From assembly GCF_009914755.1 (NCBI RefSeq), contig NC_060935.1: 64,000 nt of DNA; one strand, given 5' to 3'. Of this stretch, positions 24,602-37,139 are shown piece by piece (within the stretch, counting starts at the first letter, position 1; the number at the start of each line of letters is the position of its first letter). The notes beneath the pieces are model-generated. The model saw only the letters and a list, made by a program, of their open reading frames with translations. It was not told the DNA's origin and ran no database searches. The DNA comes from the human T2T-CHM13v2.0 reference genome, Homo sapiens. A program made the translations under genes and the position numbers.

Positions 24602-27600
24602 CCTGCTATCCTTTGGCCCTAGATTTCACCTAACTTTGTTCTAAATCTTAATCTCCCTGTGCCCTCAAACTCATGTGTTATAGGGCCTTGGTAATCCCTT
24701 TCTAAGCATATTCCCTGACTTCTCAAATACTATTTATGAGACATATATCTAAAGTAAAACTATATTTCAGGCCAGATCAGCACGCTTCTTATTACAATTA
24801 TAAACACTGAACTTCTTAGTTGCTGGGAAAATATATTAAAAAGGCATTATTATGCTTTTATAGCCATAGATTATCTAGGGAAAAGTATTGAGTGTCTCGA
24901 GAATGAGTGAAAATTCTTTCCCCAATATACACTTTTTTTCTTTTGCAAAGTATATCCTGCATATATTCAAAAGATAATGTTTTTCAAAAGGGGAAATTGC
25001 CTCCACTGTGGACTCTTATTAATTCACTTATCCCTCAAGTTCTCTTATTAACTCACTTATACATCATATTCCCTTATTAACTTTTTATTCAATCACTGGT
25101 ATTTGTTTCTAGTGCTCATAATTGAACACAAATTTTTTTACTATTATATAAAATAAAGTAACAGCTATTCACCATTTCCTCCTTTACCTCAATAAGTTGA
25201 TATCTTCCAATAGATTCATTTCCCTGTTTTGCTCCCTCCTCTGATCCAGACGAGTGTGCTAAGTGATACAAAATGCTTTTATTCCTCTACCGTTCAACCC
25301 CCTGAGACCGATGTTTTAGTTCCATGTGTTTTAGTTCCAGGTGTCACAGAATTTCCCTTGCAGTGTGTCGCATCCATTTAAAGAATCCTTCTTTAAAACT
25401 TTTCTTACACATTCCCAGAGAGCCTATCATTGTCCATTTAGAGTTAATTCTCTACATAAAATTTGTCAATTTTTTTTTACTCACCACTGTTTCCTCTCCT
25501 TATTTTCTGCTCCTATCTGAAATCTCTGTTCCTATTTGATTAGTTAAAATTGCTTCTTCAGTATTTTCTGCATGTAAATATGCTACCAATATAATATCTG
25601 AAGACTCTCAAATCCACAAATATCTTTCTTTGACCCTCACAAGAATGTAATTTCTGCAGCCTTATAAATTGATTTGTCTTTTACCCTCAAGTGACTGATT
25701 CCCTATGACATCACATTTTAGGATGACCAAATATAATTTTCCACTTTATACATAAGATATAAAGGTACAAAGAAACAAGGTAACCTTGAACCTTCATTCA
25801 AGGTCACAAAGCTAGCAAAAAGTGGATGACTAGCGATGAGGGCTTCAAGTTGAGATTAACAAACAACAACACAGGATATAATAGGATTTAACCCAACTTC
25901 AACTTCATAAAATGAATGGACATTCCCTGATCTTCCCTCCACTCCCACCCCCACCTCAGGGGATTTCAGGATGTACCCGGCAAAGCTGTCTTCCTCCATC
26001 CCCAACCGTTTCTCAGGCAGTGACGGGTGTTAAGAACTCCTCACTGCCCTTCTTGAAGCTTACATTCTGGAGCAGGGAGGCAGAAACTAAACCAAAAATT
26101 AAAACAACTCTGAACATATTCCCTATAAACTCAGATGTAGTATATGAAAAAAAAACACATGATTTGATGACAGAAGATGATGGAGGGAGAAAGAACAACA
26201 AATAAATAGGAAAAGAGGCCTCAGATAGGAGCAGGTAAAAAGGAGAGAAAACAGGAAGGGGTCAGGACTGGTCTCCCTCAAAGCCTGGCATTTGACAGAG
26301 AGCTGCAGAAAGAAGGAATAGAGCCAAGCACATAACAGGAGGGTAGAGTTTCAGTCTGAAGCACCCAAGATGGTCCACTAGGATCAACAAAGGACATACT
26401 TGAACCACCATTTAGATTCATCTTCATCTAAAAAATAAGAAATTGTGTGTAATATTTAATTATTTAGTACATTAATTACAGTAGAATATATAGAGTTGAT
26501 GCTCAATTTGTTAAAAAATAGATATCTAAAATTTAACCTCAGAGATTACTCTTGCCTATGACAACGAGCTTCTGAAAGGCAAGGATAGGTCTCACCCATC
26601 TCTGTATCTTCAGAATCCATCATATTACGTGGAACATAACAGGTATCAATAGTATGTTGGGGGGAAAAATCGAAACCATGCTGAGCACCGGAATTCTGGG
26701 TAAATCTTTTTAAAAAATCTCTTCTACTTTACATCAGAGTCCCTTTTGTATTTTTAGTATCATCCAGCCCCACGCCTTGCAGATGAGCCCCTAAGAAATG
26801 AATGGGTGAATGAATGTGTGGACAGCGGGATGGATCAGTGAGTGAGGAGCAGTGATTCGCAGGACCTGCATGCATTGAAATCCTGCCAAAGCAGCCTCTG
26901 CAAAATAAAAGACCTTAGGCTTTGGTTTCTGACACAAGTTAAAATTATCCAAGGACTGTCCTTGGGCCACTTAGTTGAGGTTTCCTAATCTGTGAAACAG
27001 AAAGTGAATTCAATAGAAAGATGATTCAGACAAACTTACTGAAGGTGCCAAAGCAGGATGCCTGGCATTGAGGGACGCTTCACACCTGTTATCTCTCTCC
27101 CTATTCTCTCTTCACCCCTATTCCCGCCCGGCAGCTCTCCGCTGTCAGCGCCAGAAATACTTACCTGCTGAGAAAAGGAAAAGCACAACACTGACTTTAC
27201 CCCGCGACGCTTTTAAAAAATCCAAAATACCCAGCGCGATGGGGAGTAGGTTTCCCTAAAGACAGGTGGAGCAGCCATAGTTAACTTAGAGGAAGGTGAA
27301 TTGACAAAGAGGGTTGAGCCACTACGAGTGGGAGTTACCTTGGACTAACAGTTGTATCTTCAGCGAGCACATGTCCTGGAATCTCCCACGCCCATCCCTT
27401 TTTTTAGCGCCACAAATGCAGCCTCCTAAGAGAATGGGAAGCTTGGGAGTCAGAGAACCGAAGATTGAGCTACCATTGACCTTAATGGATGTCAGTCTTC
27501 ACTTGTCGCTTTTTTTCCTTCCTCGCCTCCTTGCCCCGCCCTATCCCTGTAGGCGCGTTCTCCCGCGACATCAAATGGCAGCATGCGGGACTACACCAAA

Positions 27601-29921
27601 TGCGGAAAGGCGCCTTCCCCTGCCCTGAGTATCTGCAAACCCGGGGCTGGGCTGGGTTTTTAAGGGCTGGGCTCGCGTGCGAGGAGCGGTGCTAAAAAGG
27701 GGCTGCCTGCGCAGATGTCATTCCCACAAGATGCAAGTAAAGAAGCACCGCGGACGCCCGGGGAGGGTCACAGAGCGACAGGAGGGGTTGTTGACCAGGT
27801 GACTGGCCTCACTTCTGACAAATGCAAATTACCCAGCCACAGTCCAACCAAGGGTATCAAAACAGGATCTCTGCAGATGGAGCTCAGTGTTATGTGTTTT
27901 GGACAGCTCGCAATAAGATTTTCATGCATCATAAACTTTCCCTGAGTATCTCAGCCAGTTTTGTGGATGCCGAGGTTTGTTCAAAGCTGCAGATTACTGG
28001 GCCTCACCCCAGATCTACTCTACTTAAATATAGTGGGGTTCCCATAATCCCCATTTTACAAAACCTATCCAAGTTAAAGTACAGAGAATCACAAACTGGA
28101 AGAACTCCTTAATTTACAAATAAGGAATGGAGACCCCCCCCCACCAAGAGAGAACGGAATTTGCCCAAGGTCCCCCTGAAAGAGCCTAAGAAAACGTGAG
28201 GCTCTAAGGTTAAAATCCTACCTGACACCCTTTCCTTTCCCCAACTAGTCCTGTGACCTCTAGCAAACTATCCTGTCCTGATCTGTGAAATGGGAGCAAC
28301 AGTCCCACCTACCCCAACTGGTGACTGCGAATATTAAATGGGGCCACAATGAGTCAACTCCAAGCACCACCCCACTGGAAGTTGAGGTTGAACTAATTCT
28401 AGATCGCCCTACCCCCATTCATCTCCCAGTACCATTGTATGACCGTGGAGGTGAAACCATCCAGCCGCCTGTTGGTCCCAAACCATGTTCACCTCCACCC
28501 GTGGCTCAGTGACTATTTCTTTTCTTGAAGAGAGAGAGAGGCTCCTTGGAGCCTCTGGAGTCTGGAGGGGAATGTTACCTTCCCCATGCCTGCATTGTCT
28601 TCCCAAGATAGGATGGACTATGGGGTCTCCATGAGGTTAGCTGCTGGGGCATCAAGGCTAGCTCCTAAGTGGTTGCTGGAGGCTTAGAGACCCCACTCCA
28701 GCTCTCTCTCAAATGGGGGCAGCTTGTTTGCAGCAGTGAGTGAGGTGGGCCAACTATGAACCCATGGGAGGAGAGGAAAAGACCATCCCATCTAAGCTTT
28801 TACATACCCCATTGCAAGCTCCAGAATGTGGTGCCCAGGCCCATATCTATAACCCACCCCCAGAGGCCAATTCTCCTCAGCCTTTCCTGCCCTTTCTGCC
28901 GTTGTACAGCCAGTTTCCATGCTCTCTTCTATCAAACTCCTACTCATCTCTCAGCCATCTAGTCCAAATATAAATCTTTCTCTGTGATATACTCTCAAGG
29001 TAGAGGCAGTGGTGCCTTCCTCTGTATTCCGAGAACATGTCATCTGCACCTCTACATACAGACATCATCCTACTGGTAGTGTTCCAGAGCATCTTTTAGG
29101 GGTTCATGAAGGAATCACTCTTCGTAAACACTGGCCTTATTCCCTAACTTCACCAGACCTGACCTTAGTGCATGATCCATTCCCACCTCTCCCAACCACA
29201 TGAGAGCCTTTTCCTCTTTATGGGTTTACAAAACACAAACTGACCCAACCACCAGTTACTGGCCAAAAGCATTCTTGTCACATTTATAATAAAATCCAGC
29301 CAACAGGATACTTTGTGCCAAGGGAATGTTCCTTTTCAGGGCAAACACTCTGTCCCCAGGGATGTTAGACAACTTCCATAGCCCCAGATAAGCATTAGCT
29401 AGAAGTGAGTTTTCTTTGGTGGCCCAACAGATTCCCTGAGCATCCCTACTCTGTCACTGATTCCAGTTGCAGTGGGATTGCATCAAAGCTCTCAGAGCAC
29501 AGCTGCAAAGGGTAAAGCAAAGCTAGAGCTCTACTCTGGACCTATCACTCTAGACAGTTTCTCTGTGAGGGGCAGTTTTATACGTAAGGAAGAAATGGAA
29601 GATTACTCCCAAAATGGCCTCAGGGTACTTATCCCAATTGTGTGGTTCAGTTGCTACTCCAGTGATGAGCAAATAAACAGGAAATAGAAGCACAACTATT
29701 CCTAAGCTCAAGAAGCAGGGAAGCTCAGGAATTGGTGTGCAGCAGTGCTGCTTGGAGCGCCATTACAAAGGGACAAGCACGGTCCACTGGGAGGTAAAAT
29801 TCAGGGAATCTAAGACACAGGGGGTATGGGAAACAAGGCAGGCTTTTGTATTTATCATTTGCCGTGATATCTCTCTGTGAACTTTCTTTTAATTTTCCCT
29901 GTACTTTAATTATATTTCTTA

Positions 29922-30224
<303 letters not shown>

Positions 30225-30229
30225 TTAAT

Positions 30230-30800
30230 GGCCAACATTGTTACCATCATAAGTCCCAGCTTCCCTGTCTTCCTGTCATCATGTGTTGAATGTCCACTTC
30301 CCTCCTTATTTTTCAGTTGGAGTGGATTAGCATCTCCAATTCGACATGTCAAAAGTAGAATTTTACACACACACACACACACACACCCCACTCCTGACAC
30401 ACACAGCATCTCTGTCCTCAGACTTCCCCATCCTTCTAGTTGCTCAAGTCAAAAGCCCAGGAATCGTCATTGAGCCCTCTGTTTCTCTTATTTATGGAAC
30501 ATCCATAAGCAAATTCCAAGGGCTGGCCCTTCAAAATAAATGTGGAATCCAGCCATTTCTAACACTTCCACCATTACCATCTGAGGTCGGGCTCCAACAT
30601 CTTTGCAATCCTGGGACAGACTCTTAGCTGCCTTCTCCCTTCCACATCTCTTCTTGTCCTCCCAGAGTCTTTACCCCGCACAAACGCTGCTAGGGTGATT
30701 TTTTAAAATATGTCAGGGTATATTACCCCCCTGCTTCAAATCCTCCATTTAAAATAAATTTCACATTTATAGCAAAATCCAGACTTCTTCATATGGCCCA
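30230..30800 (+). mobile_element. L2 fragment containing a (CA)n tract
   Basis: ctccaattcgacatgtcaaaa…agttgctcaagtcaaaa…aaaatccagacttcttcatatggccc. Confidence 0.65.
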
Positions 30801-31519
30801 CCAGGGGCTTTATGCTAATGGAATGTGCAGATGCTCCTCCCTGAGGAGCACCTTTTACCAGGGCAAATTCTCTATCTCCAATGATGTCAGGCAATTTCGA
30901 CAACACCATTCTCTACCATCTCTTGCTTTTCATAGATTTGTTTCCTCCAGATTCTACAAAAAAAGAAGATCAAGTCTCCTTGTGCAATGATTTACTCTCT
31001 GATGTATATTGGTGCCAGGCACGTGTACTGCTTTCAGATGATTCAAGAATAACAGCGATTTAAGAAAGCTGTCGTTAAGTTTTCTCTTCTCTTTGTCTGT
31101 ATGACATTATTTTTACAATTATACTTCCAAAGTTTGCTCTTTCCGAACACCTCAAGACCCGTGTAATTTAAGCAGTGATTTTAGGGGTCTCTGTATATTT
31201 TATATTAATTTCAGAAACATGCTCATGATTATTCCACCAAAACTATCAACTGTTACATAAACATCTGTCCTTCTATGAGTTACAAAATAATTGTCTCCAT
31301 CCCCACTTAACCATCTTCTCTCCTTCTTTGAGCAACTTCTGAAAAATAACACCCAATACTGATGGCATCTCATTCTATTCAGCTTCTCAGACAGTAAGAC
31401 GTTCTTTTCTTAAACAGTAAGATGTTTTCTCAAGCCCCATGCAAAGCACTTCTTTGATATCAGTTTGGGGAGGTCGTACTCTGGAGCCTTCATCCAAAGG
31501 GTAAAGTACAGCACTCAGT

Positions 31520-32750
31520 AATGCGCGTCCTGGGAACGAGGCCTAAGCAGTGCTGGCCACTGCCTCCTCCAGGCTGGCATTGTCTGTGTTCGCCAGCCCC
31601 GCCGCGAAGTTAGCTCATTTGTGATCAGGCCAAGTCCCTTTAGATTTCACGCAGACGCGGGTGCAGCCTGCTCTGGGACTTGAAGTCCGCTGGAGCCTGG
31701 GCCTCTGCATTATCCGGGTGGAGCTCTCTCTGCTGCTGCCGCCAAAGGATCCCGCCTGGATGCTCATCCCGCCACCGTCGCCCACCCCGCCGCTGCAGAA
31801 AGGCAGCAACTGCCACACACCTAAGCAACTTGGCGGGCTATTCGCCCTGCAGCTGCCGCCAGCGCGCGGCTCCCGCCAGCGCGCTGGCAATCAAAAGTCG
31901 GAGAAAGCGCGAAACCTCCAGGCACCTCCCACTCCGCCCAGCTACCGCGCAGCTCCTCCCTAGCCTCCACTGGGAGACAGGGGACGCCCATGAGCGGGAA
32001 AGAGCAGGGCGGTGATTGCTTAGTTTATCCTGGGACACGGGAACTGGCCGTGGACTGAGTGGTGCCGGGGAGGGGATCACTGAGACCGGGAAGGGTCATC
32101 CAGACAAATAGGGAGGGTGGGCGGGTTGGCGCGCAGTACCCTCGGCCCGGCCTTCAGACCCACCTGCGCGCGCTGCGCGCTCATCCGGTCCTTCCCTTCA
32201 ATCACTGTCTGGAGTGATGATAATTGGCTTCCACAGTGGATGAGAGATGAGTCATTTACATCCAATGAGAGAAAAACAGCCTCCAGAGACTCTTCGTCCA
32301 TTGGCCAGCGAGAGTGTCAGTTCCCAGGCTCCTGCCGCGCACGGGCGAGCCCTTCTAGGCGGGAAAAGTTCAGCTGAGAGATATAAAAGAGCAGTCTTTC
32401 CAGCACCTGCAAATCCAGAGCGGCGGGCACTGACGGGCACTTGCACCGTGTGGACAGACTCTCCGGTTCTGTGAGTGGTTTTTCTTTTCCCGGGTCGGAC
32501 CTGGAGTTCTTAGGGGGATGGCTGACAAGGGCAGTAGGCAGAAGGACCTCAGCCCAAAGTCAAGGGGGTTTTGGATGGGGAGCTGGGCAGCCGCCCGTTG
32601 TAATTCCCTTCCCCCTGTCTCAGCTTCAAAGGCCAAGAGTTGTACTCCTGAAGAGATACTTAGAGATCATCTGGGTGTTCCTGAATCTCGAGAGGGTCGT
32701 TTGACCCTGGTGGGTCCTTTCCCTGCCCGGTGCCGTTCGCGCCCATAGAA
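31520..32750. promoter_or_regulatory. FAM111B: CpG island / FAM111B promoter: TATA 32382-32388; E2F sites 32358-32366, 32126-32132, 31994-32001, 31907-31914; CCAAT boxes 32223, 32262, 32300; AP-1 32248-32254; GC box 32119-32125
   Basis: High CpG density; motifs read directly (TATAAAA, GGCGGGAAA, GCGCGAAA, ATTGG/CCAAT, TGAGTCA). Confidence 0.85.
32410..32470 (+). other. FAM111B: FAM111B exon 1 (non-coding; start approximate)
   Basis: Starts ~25-30 nt downstream of TATA; donor TCT|GTGAGT at 32471. Confidence 0.7.
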
Positions 32751-33459
32751 GGAGACCAGGTTCGGTTAAGCAGAGCAGAAACTATTCACTGATCAAGGAA
32801 TGGAGTAGGAGAGCTCCTGCTCAAAGTGCCTGGAGTGTAGTGTGAGGGTGCTTCTTAAGGTCTTTTAGGGCAGGTAGTTGGAAAGCAAGGATTTCTGGAA
32901 AGAGACGGGGCTTTCCAGAAACAGCTGAGTGTGGCAGTCTCCTATTTTCTGTTGCCACCCAACACTACATGTGCCTAGCAAGCTGCGTTTCTCCCCGAGG
33001 CACAGATTGAGGTATGGTAATCAGCAAGGATTCAGGTTAGGGTAGCGCTTCTAAGTTCGTTTCCCATCTTGTAGCACGGTGGTTACTGACATCCAGTCTC
33101 TGTTTCTGTAAGCAAGCACAGCTTCAAGCACAGGTTACCTTCATAGGTTCTGGGGCTTTAGGAAAGCATTGAGGTCATCCTGCGGTGACAGAGGCAGCTG
33201 TTCAAAGAACTTGGTGCGCCTTTGAGGCGGGGGTTGTGGAGTGAGGCAGGTAAAAATGCAGATTCCATAGCCACACCCCGACATACTGAATCAGAGTCTG
33301 TGAGGGTGGGATCTGGAATCCTTTTTAAAAAGCTTAGAGGAACCAATTCACACGAACAATAAAAGTTTCATCTGAGCCAAAGTCCTTAATCTAGAAATGA
33401 GGAAATGGGGATCCCTAAAAGGGTTACAGGGAGAGGGTTGGTGGAAAGTTAGACTATGA

Positions 33460-34775
33460 CAGTTTTAGGGTGGTTCTTTCCTGGCCTTGGAAAGTTTTCT
33501 CAGCTGCTGCTCTGATCAGTACACAGCTGAATGCTTTAGGGGAACCCTCTTCATATATCCAGAGTTCCCTCTCTGTGCAGGTCTCCCACCATGTCTTTGG
33601 CCTGTGACCTCTTGTCACCTTAGTCTCTCAGCTTTGTCTCCTTAAATCTGGAATTCCTACTGGTTTTGTCTTGCTGCCCTTCCTTGCCACACTGGCCTGG
33701 AATTCCTCAAGGTAGTCTGCTAAAGTGGATTATAGGATACATTTCAATTGTCACTGTCCTTAATTGCATAATGTCCAGTTCCTTGCAAACCATTGTTTCA
33801 TATGTTTTGCTCTTTTTTGTTTTGTTTTGTTTTCATACTAGGGGGAAATCCAGTCCCTGTTACTCCATTTTGGCCAGAAATTCAAGGTAATGACTTTTAA
33901 TGTTTCTGACTGCTAGTTCTATCTTCTCTCTCACTTCTGGACCTGTCTCTATTCACTGATATTTCTAGTCATTATGGGTCATATTTATCCACTTTTTAAG
34001 TGCCTGCTGATTTTTTTATTAGATATCAAGCTTTGTTAATTTCACAACTTTGGGTGCCAGAAATTTTTACATTCCTATCAATATTCTTGAGCTTTGTTCT
34101 AGTATGTTCATATTTTACATGGAAACCATTTTATACTTTCGAAGCTTGCTTTTATTTATTAGGTGGGAGCAGAACTAGGGCTAATTTTGTCCTACTGCGG
34201 AAGAAATACCTTGCAGAGTAGTCTCCCTGATACTTCATGAATTATGAAGTTTTCTAGTCGGATTTTTGGGAATTGAAATTATACACAGTCCTGTATGAGC
34301 CTCAGAAATTGTTACATCTGCTTCTTTTGGGTACTTCTTTTCCTGTTCCTTTTCAACAGTTTCGTTCCACTCATGCATTGACCAAGCTGAAATCTCAAGG
34401 GATACCCACTGCAGATCTCTCATACTGTGTGCTCCTGTGGCTGTCTTCTCCCTAGTACTCTGTCATACAAGCTCCAGTCATCTTGGCCTCCCAAAACTCC
34501 TTGCTTGTCTTCTCAAATCAGGGAAACTACTAGACTCTGCCTGTTTCTCCTTCCTAAGATATGCCTTGGAAACTCCATACAGTAAGCTAAATAGCCATAG
34601 GGCTTACCTCATATGATTTTCTTCTCAGATATCAGAGATGAGGTCCCACACCACCTGATCTCCAGTGTTTGAAAGTGGTTATTTCATAGATCTTGTTTTT
34701 TTGGTTTTTTTAGACATTTCAGGTGGCAGAATAAATTCAATCCTTGTTTCTCCATCTTATCGAGTAGTAGAAGTT
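33460..34775 (-). mobile_element. Two tandem antisense L1ME-type 5'-end fragments (~33460-33890 and ~33890-34775)
   Basis: Both end in variants of …aaatccagtccctgttactccatcttggccagaag and share homologous upstream blocks. Confidence 0.65.
33842..33886 (+). other. FAM111B: FAM111B exon 2 (45 nt, non-coding)
   Basis: Long T-rich tract plus TAG acceptor; AAG|GTAATG donor. Confidence 0.7.
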
Positions 34776-34799
34776 AGTTACATTCTCTTTGAACTCATC

Positions 34800-34880
34800 A
34801 TGAATTCCATGAAGACTGAAGAAAACAAGTCATTTAGCGCTATGGAAGATGACCAGAGGACTAGACCTGAAGTTTCAAAG
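34800..34880 (+). CDS. FAM111B: FAM111B first coding exon (exon 3 = 34714-34880): [27 protein letters not shown]
   Basis: ATG at 34800, 27 codons, AAG|GTAT donor; joins in frame to 49353 to give 734 aa. Confidence 0.9.
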
Positions 34881-35519
34881 GTATATCTACTTTTTTACAA
34901 CTCCTCAGAGGAGTGATAGTCTAACTATAGTGCCATATGAGGATCTTGGAGATAAGTTCTTAAACAATGGTCGTTATAAGCCCTTCTCTTAGGTAGTTTA
35001 AAATATATTTGGGGAGCTCATACACATAAGTGCTTGTGGAAAGCAAAATGATAGAGTTAACAATGCTAAACGTATGTTAAGACAACAAGATGACTAACAA
35101 ACAATATAGACACTTAAAGTCTTGGAAAGTGTAGACAGGCAAAAATAATTAGCTAATGTTTTCTGAGGAAACACTGTGTGCCTAGAATTGTGTCCCATCA
35201 TATGTATTATCTCATTTAACACTTAATAGAACTATGCAGTAGGTATTATTATCATACTTATTTTATAAAAGAAGAAACTGAAGCTCAACTTGCTTATAGT
35301 TGCAGAAGTAATGGACTTCAGAGCAAGGATTTAAACCTAGTCCATCAGACTGCAGAGACTGGTTTTTGACCCACACTATTTTGCTCAAAATATGCAAAAT
35401 GATAATACAAAATTGAGACATAAACAAGTGATTTTAGAGTATAGAGAGAAGAATGCTTAATTCAGACTTAGGAAACTACAGCAGCGTCATATGAGAAATG
35501 ATTTATTAATGAATAATAA

Positions 35520-35890
35520 ATCTAAAATTGTCAAACTCATAGGTGTCGAAGTGGTTGTTGGGCTGGGAATAGAGAAAAATGGAGGTATTAGTCAAGGGGT
35601 ACAAAGTTTCCTTATACAAGGTGAATAAGTTCTAGGGATCTGTACAGCATGGGTGCCTATAGTTAATAACACTGTTGTATACTCAAGTTCTTGCTAAAAT
35701 GATAGATCTTATGTTAAGTGTTCTAATTACAAAAATAATAAGAGGGCAGGAAGAGACTTTGGGAGGTGATAGATAGGTTGATGGCATAGATTGTGGTGAT
35801 AATGTATCTCCATACTCATCAAGTTGCATACATTAATTATGTACATTAATTATGCATTTTGTATGTCTAAAACTAAGTTATTTTTTAAAA
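35520..35890 (+). mobile_element. L1MB-like 3' end
   Basis: ggggtacaaagtttc…aataagttctagggatctgtacagcatg…gatcttatgttaagtgttct. Confidence 0.7.
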
Positions 35891-36709
35891 AGAATGAATA
35901 ACATTTCACTAGTGTATCAAGGATGAAGGAATGGCCTAAGTAAAGTCGTGTACACAGGAAAACATATTTGGGGAACAGGATAGCTGCATTTGATGCTTTA
36001 TAAGGAGAATTCAAGAATATGGTAGGCAAATACTGTTTTCTATACTGGTAAGGTAGTATGGTGCCAAGATCACAGTAGGCTTTATATCAATAAGAGCTTT
36101 CCACATTTCCAGTAAAAATATTTTCTAATTGTGAAACAATAAAATGGATTCGCTGGTTCACATGAGTGGACATTCCAGAATTCAGCTGAGCTCTTAATTC
36201 AGTGGTATACAGTTTCTTTAAGGACTTGTTTGTGTGTTCAGTCTCTGTGTTCTGCTTTTCATGTTATCCCCTGGCTGGCTTTCTGCATAGTGACAAATAG
36301 AGCTGCAGTAATATCAGATGCTTTACTCTCCCTATAATGAGTCTATCCTGGTTTCCTGAGGAAACTTCTCTTTGCCATCTAATTGTCCCAACTTAAGTAG
36401 CTCACCCATTTCAACACAAAACCTTGTGACTGAGAGGGCACATATAGATATTCTTAAGCTGTCATGAATTCATTTCCATACGTGTATGGCTCCTAAAAAG
36501 TGGGAGAGAGGTAGAATAGCTTTCTGGAAAATAGCTGCAGTATCTTTTTTTTCTTTGAATTCCATGTGTAGGTTTTTGGATTTCCTTCTGTAAATAAAGG
36601 AGATGTGTTTACAGACTTTATCTTTGTATTGCTTAGGAGGAGTTATTCAATTCACTTAAGACTTTGTTAAGTTAAATATTAATGTTAAAATGATTAGGGC
36701 TATTTCGTT

Positions 36710-36920
36710 CAAGACAATTGCCACTAATCACATGTGATTATGTAAATTTAAATTTAAATTCAACTTAACTAAAATCAAATAATGAAAAAGGTCAATAGTA
36801 CAAATTCTCAGTTATATCACGTGTCAAGTACTTAAGAACCACATGTGGCTGTGGAATTAGACAGTGCAGATGTAGAACATTTCCGTCACTGCAGACATTC
36901 TATTGGGCAGTACTAGTCTA
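36710..36920. mobile_element. MER33/MER3-type hAT-Charlie element
   Basis: gccactaatcacatgtg…aaccacatgtggct…gaacatttccgtcactgcagacattctattgg. Confidence 0.7.
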
Positions 36921-37139
36921 GGGCATCCAATTATAGAACAGAACTAGAGTATAAAACTGCCAAACTGTTCGTCTAGAAAATAGAATGAGAGGGAAAAATC
37001 AAAGTAAAGGAGGCAACAAAGCAAGGGAATATAAATTCAGAAAAAGTGGCAAAAGTAGAAGATACAAAAAAAGATGATAGAAATGAACACAAAAACCCCC
37101 ACACCCAATTAATTGTCTTACAGATTATTTGAAAGGCTT

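Noticed and set aside
31615-32748. Many overlapping ORFs
   Set aside because: Expected in a CpG island where stops are scarce; no coding signature or recognisable homology.
34636-34677. Possible extra FAM111B micro-exon
   Set aside because: It would leave a 36-nt intron before 34714, below the spliceosomal minimum, and the donor is poor.
32434-34799. Spliced FAM111B 5'UTR is open in frame with the CDS for ~56 codons (possible non-AUG extension)
   Set aside because: An in-frame TGA lies at 32431-32433 and there is no in-frame CTG, GTG or ACG start; only weak ATT/ATA/ATC codons.
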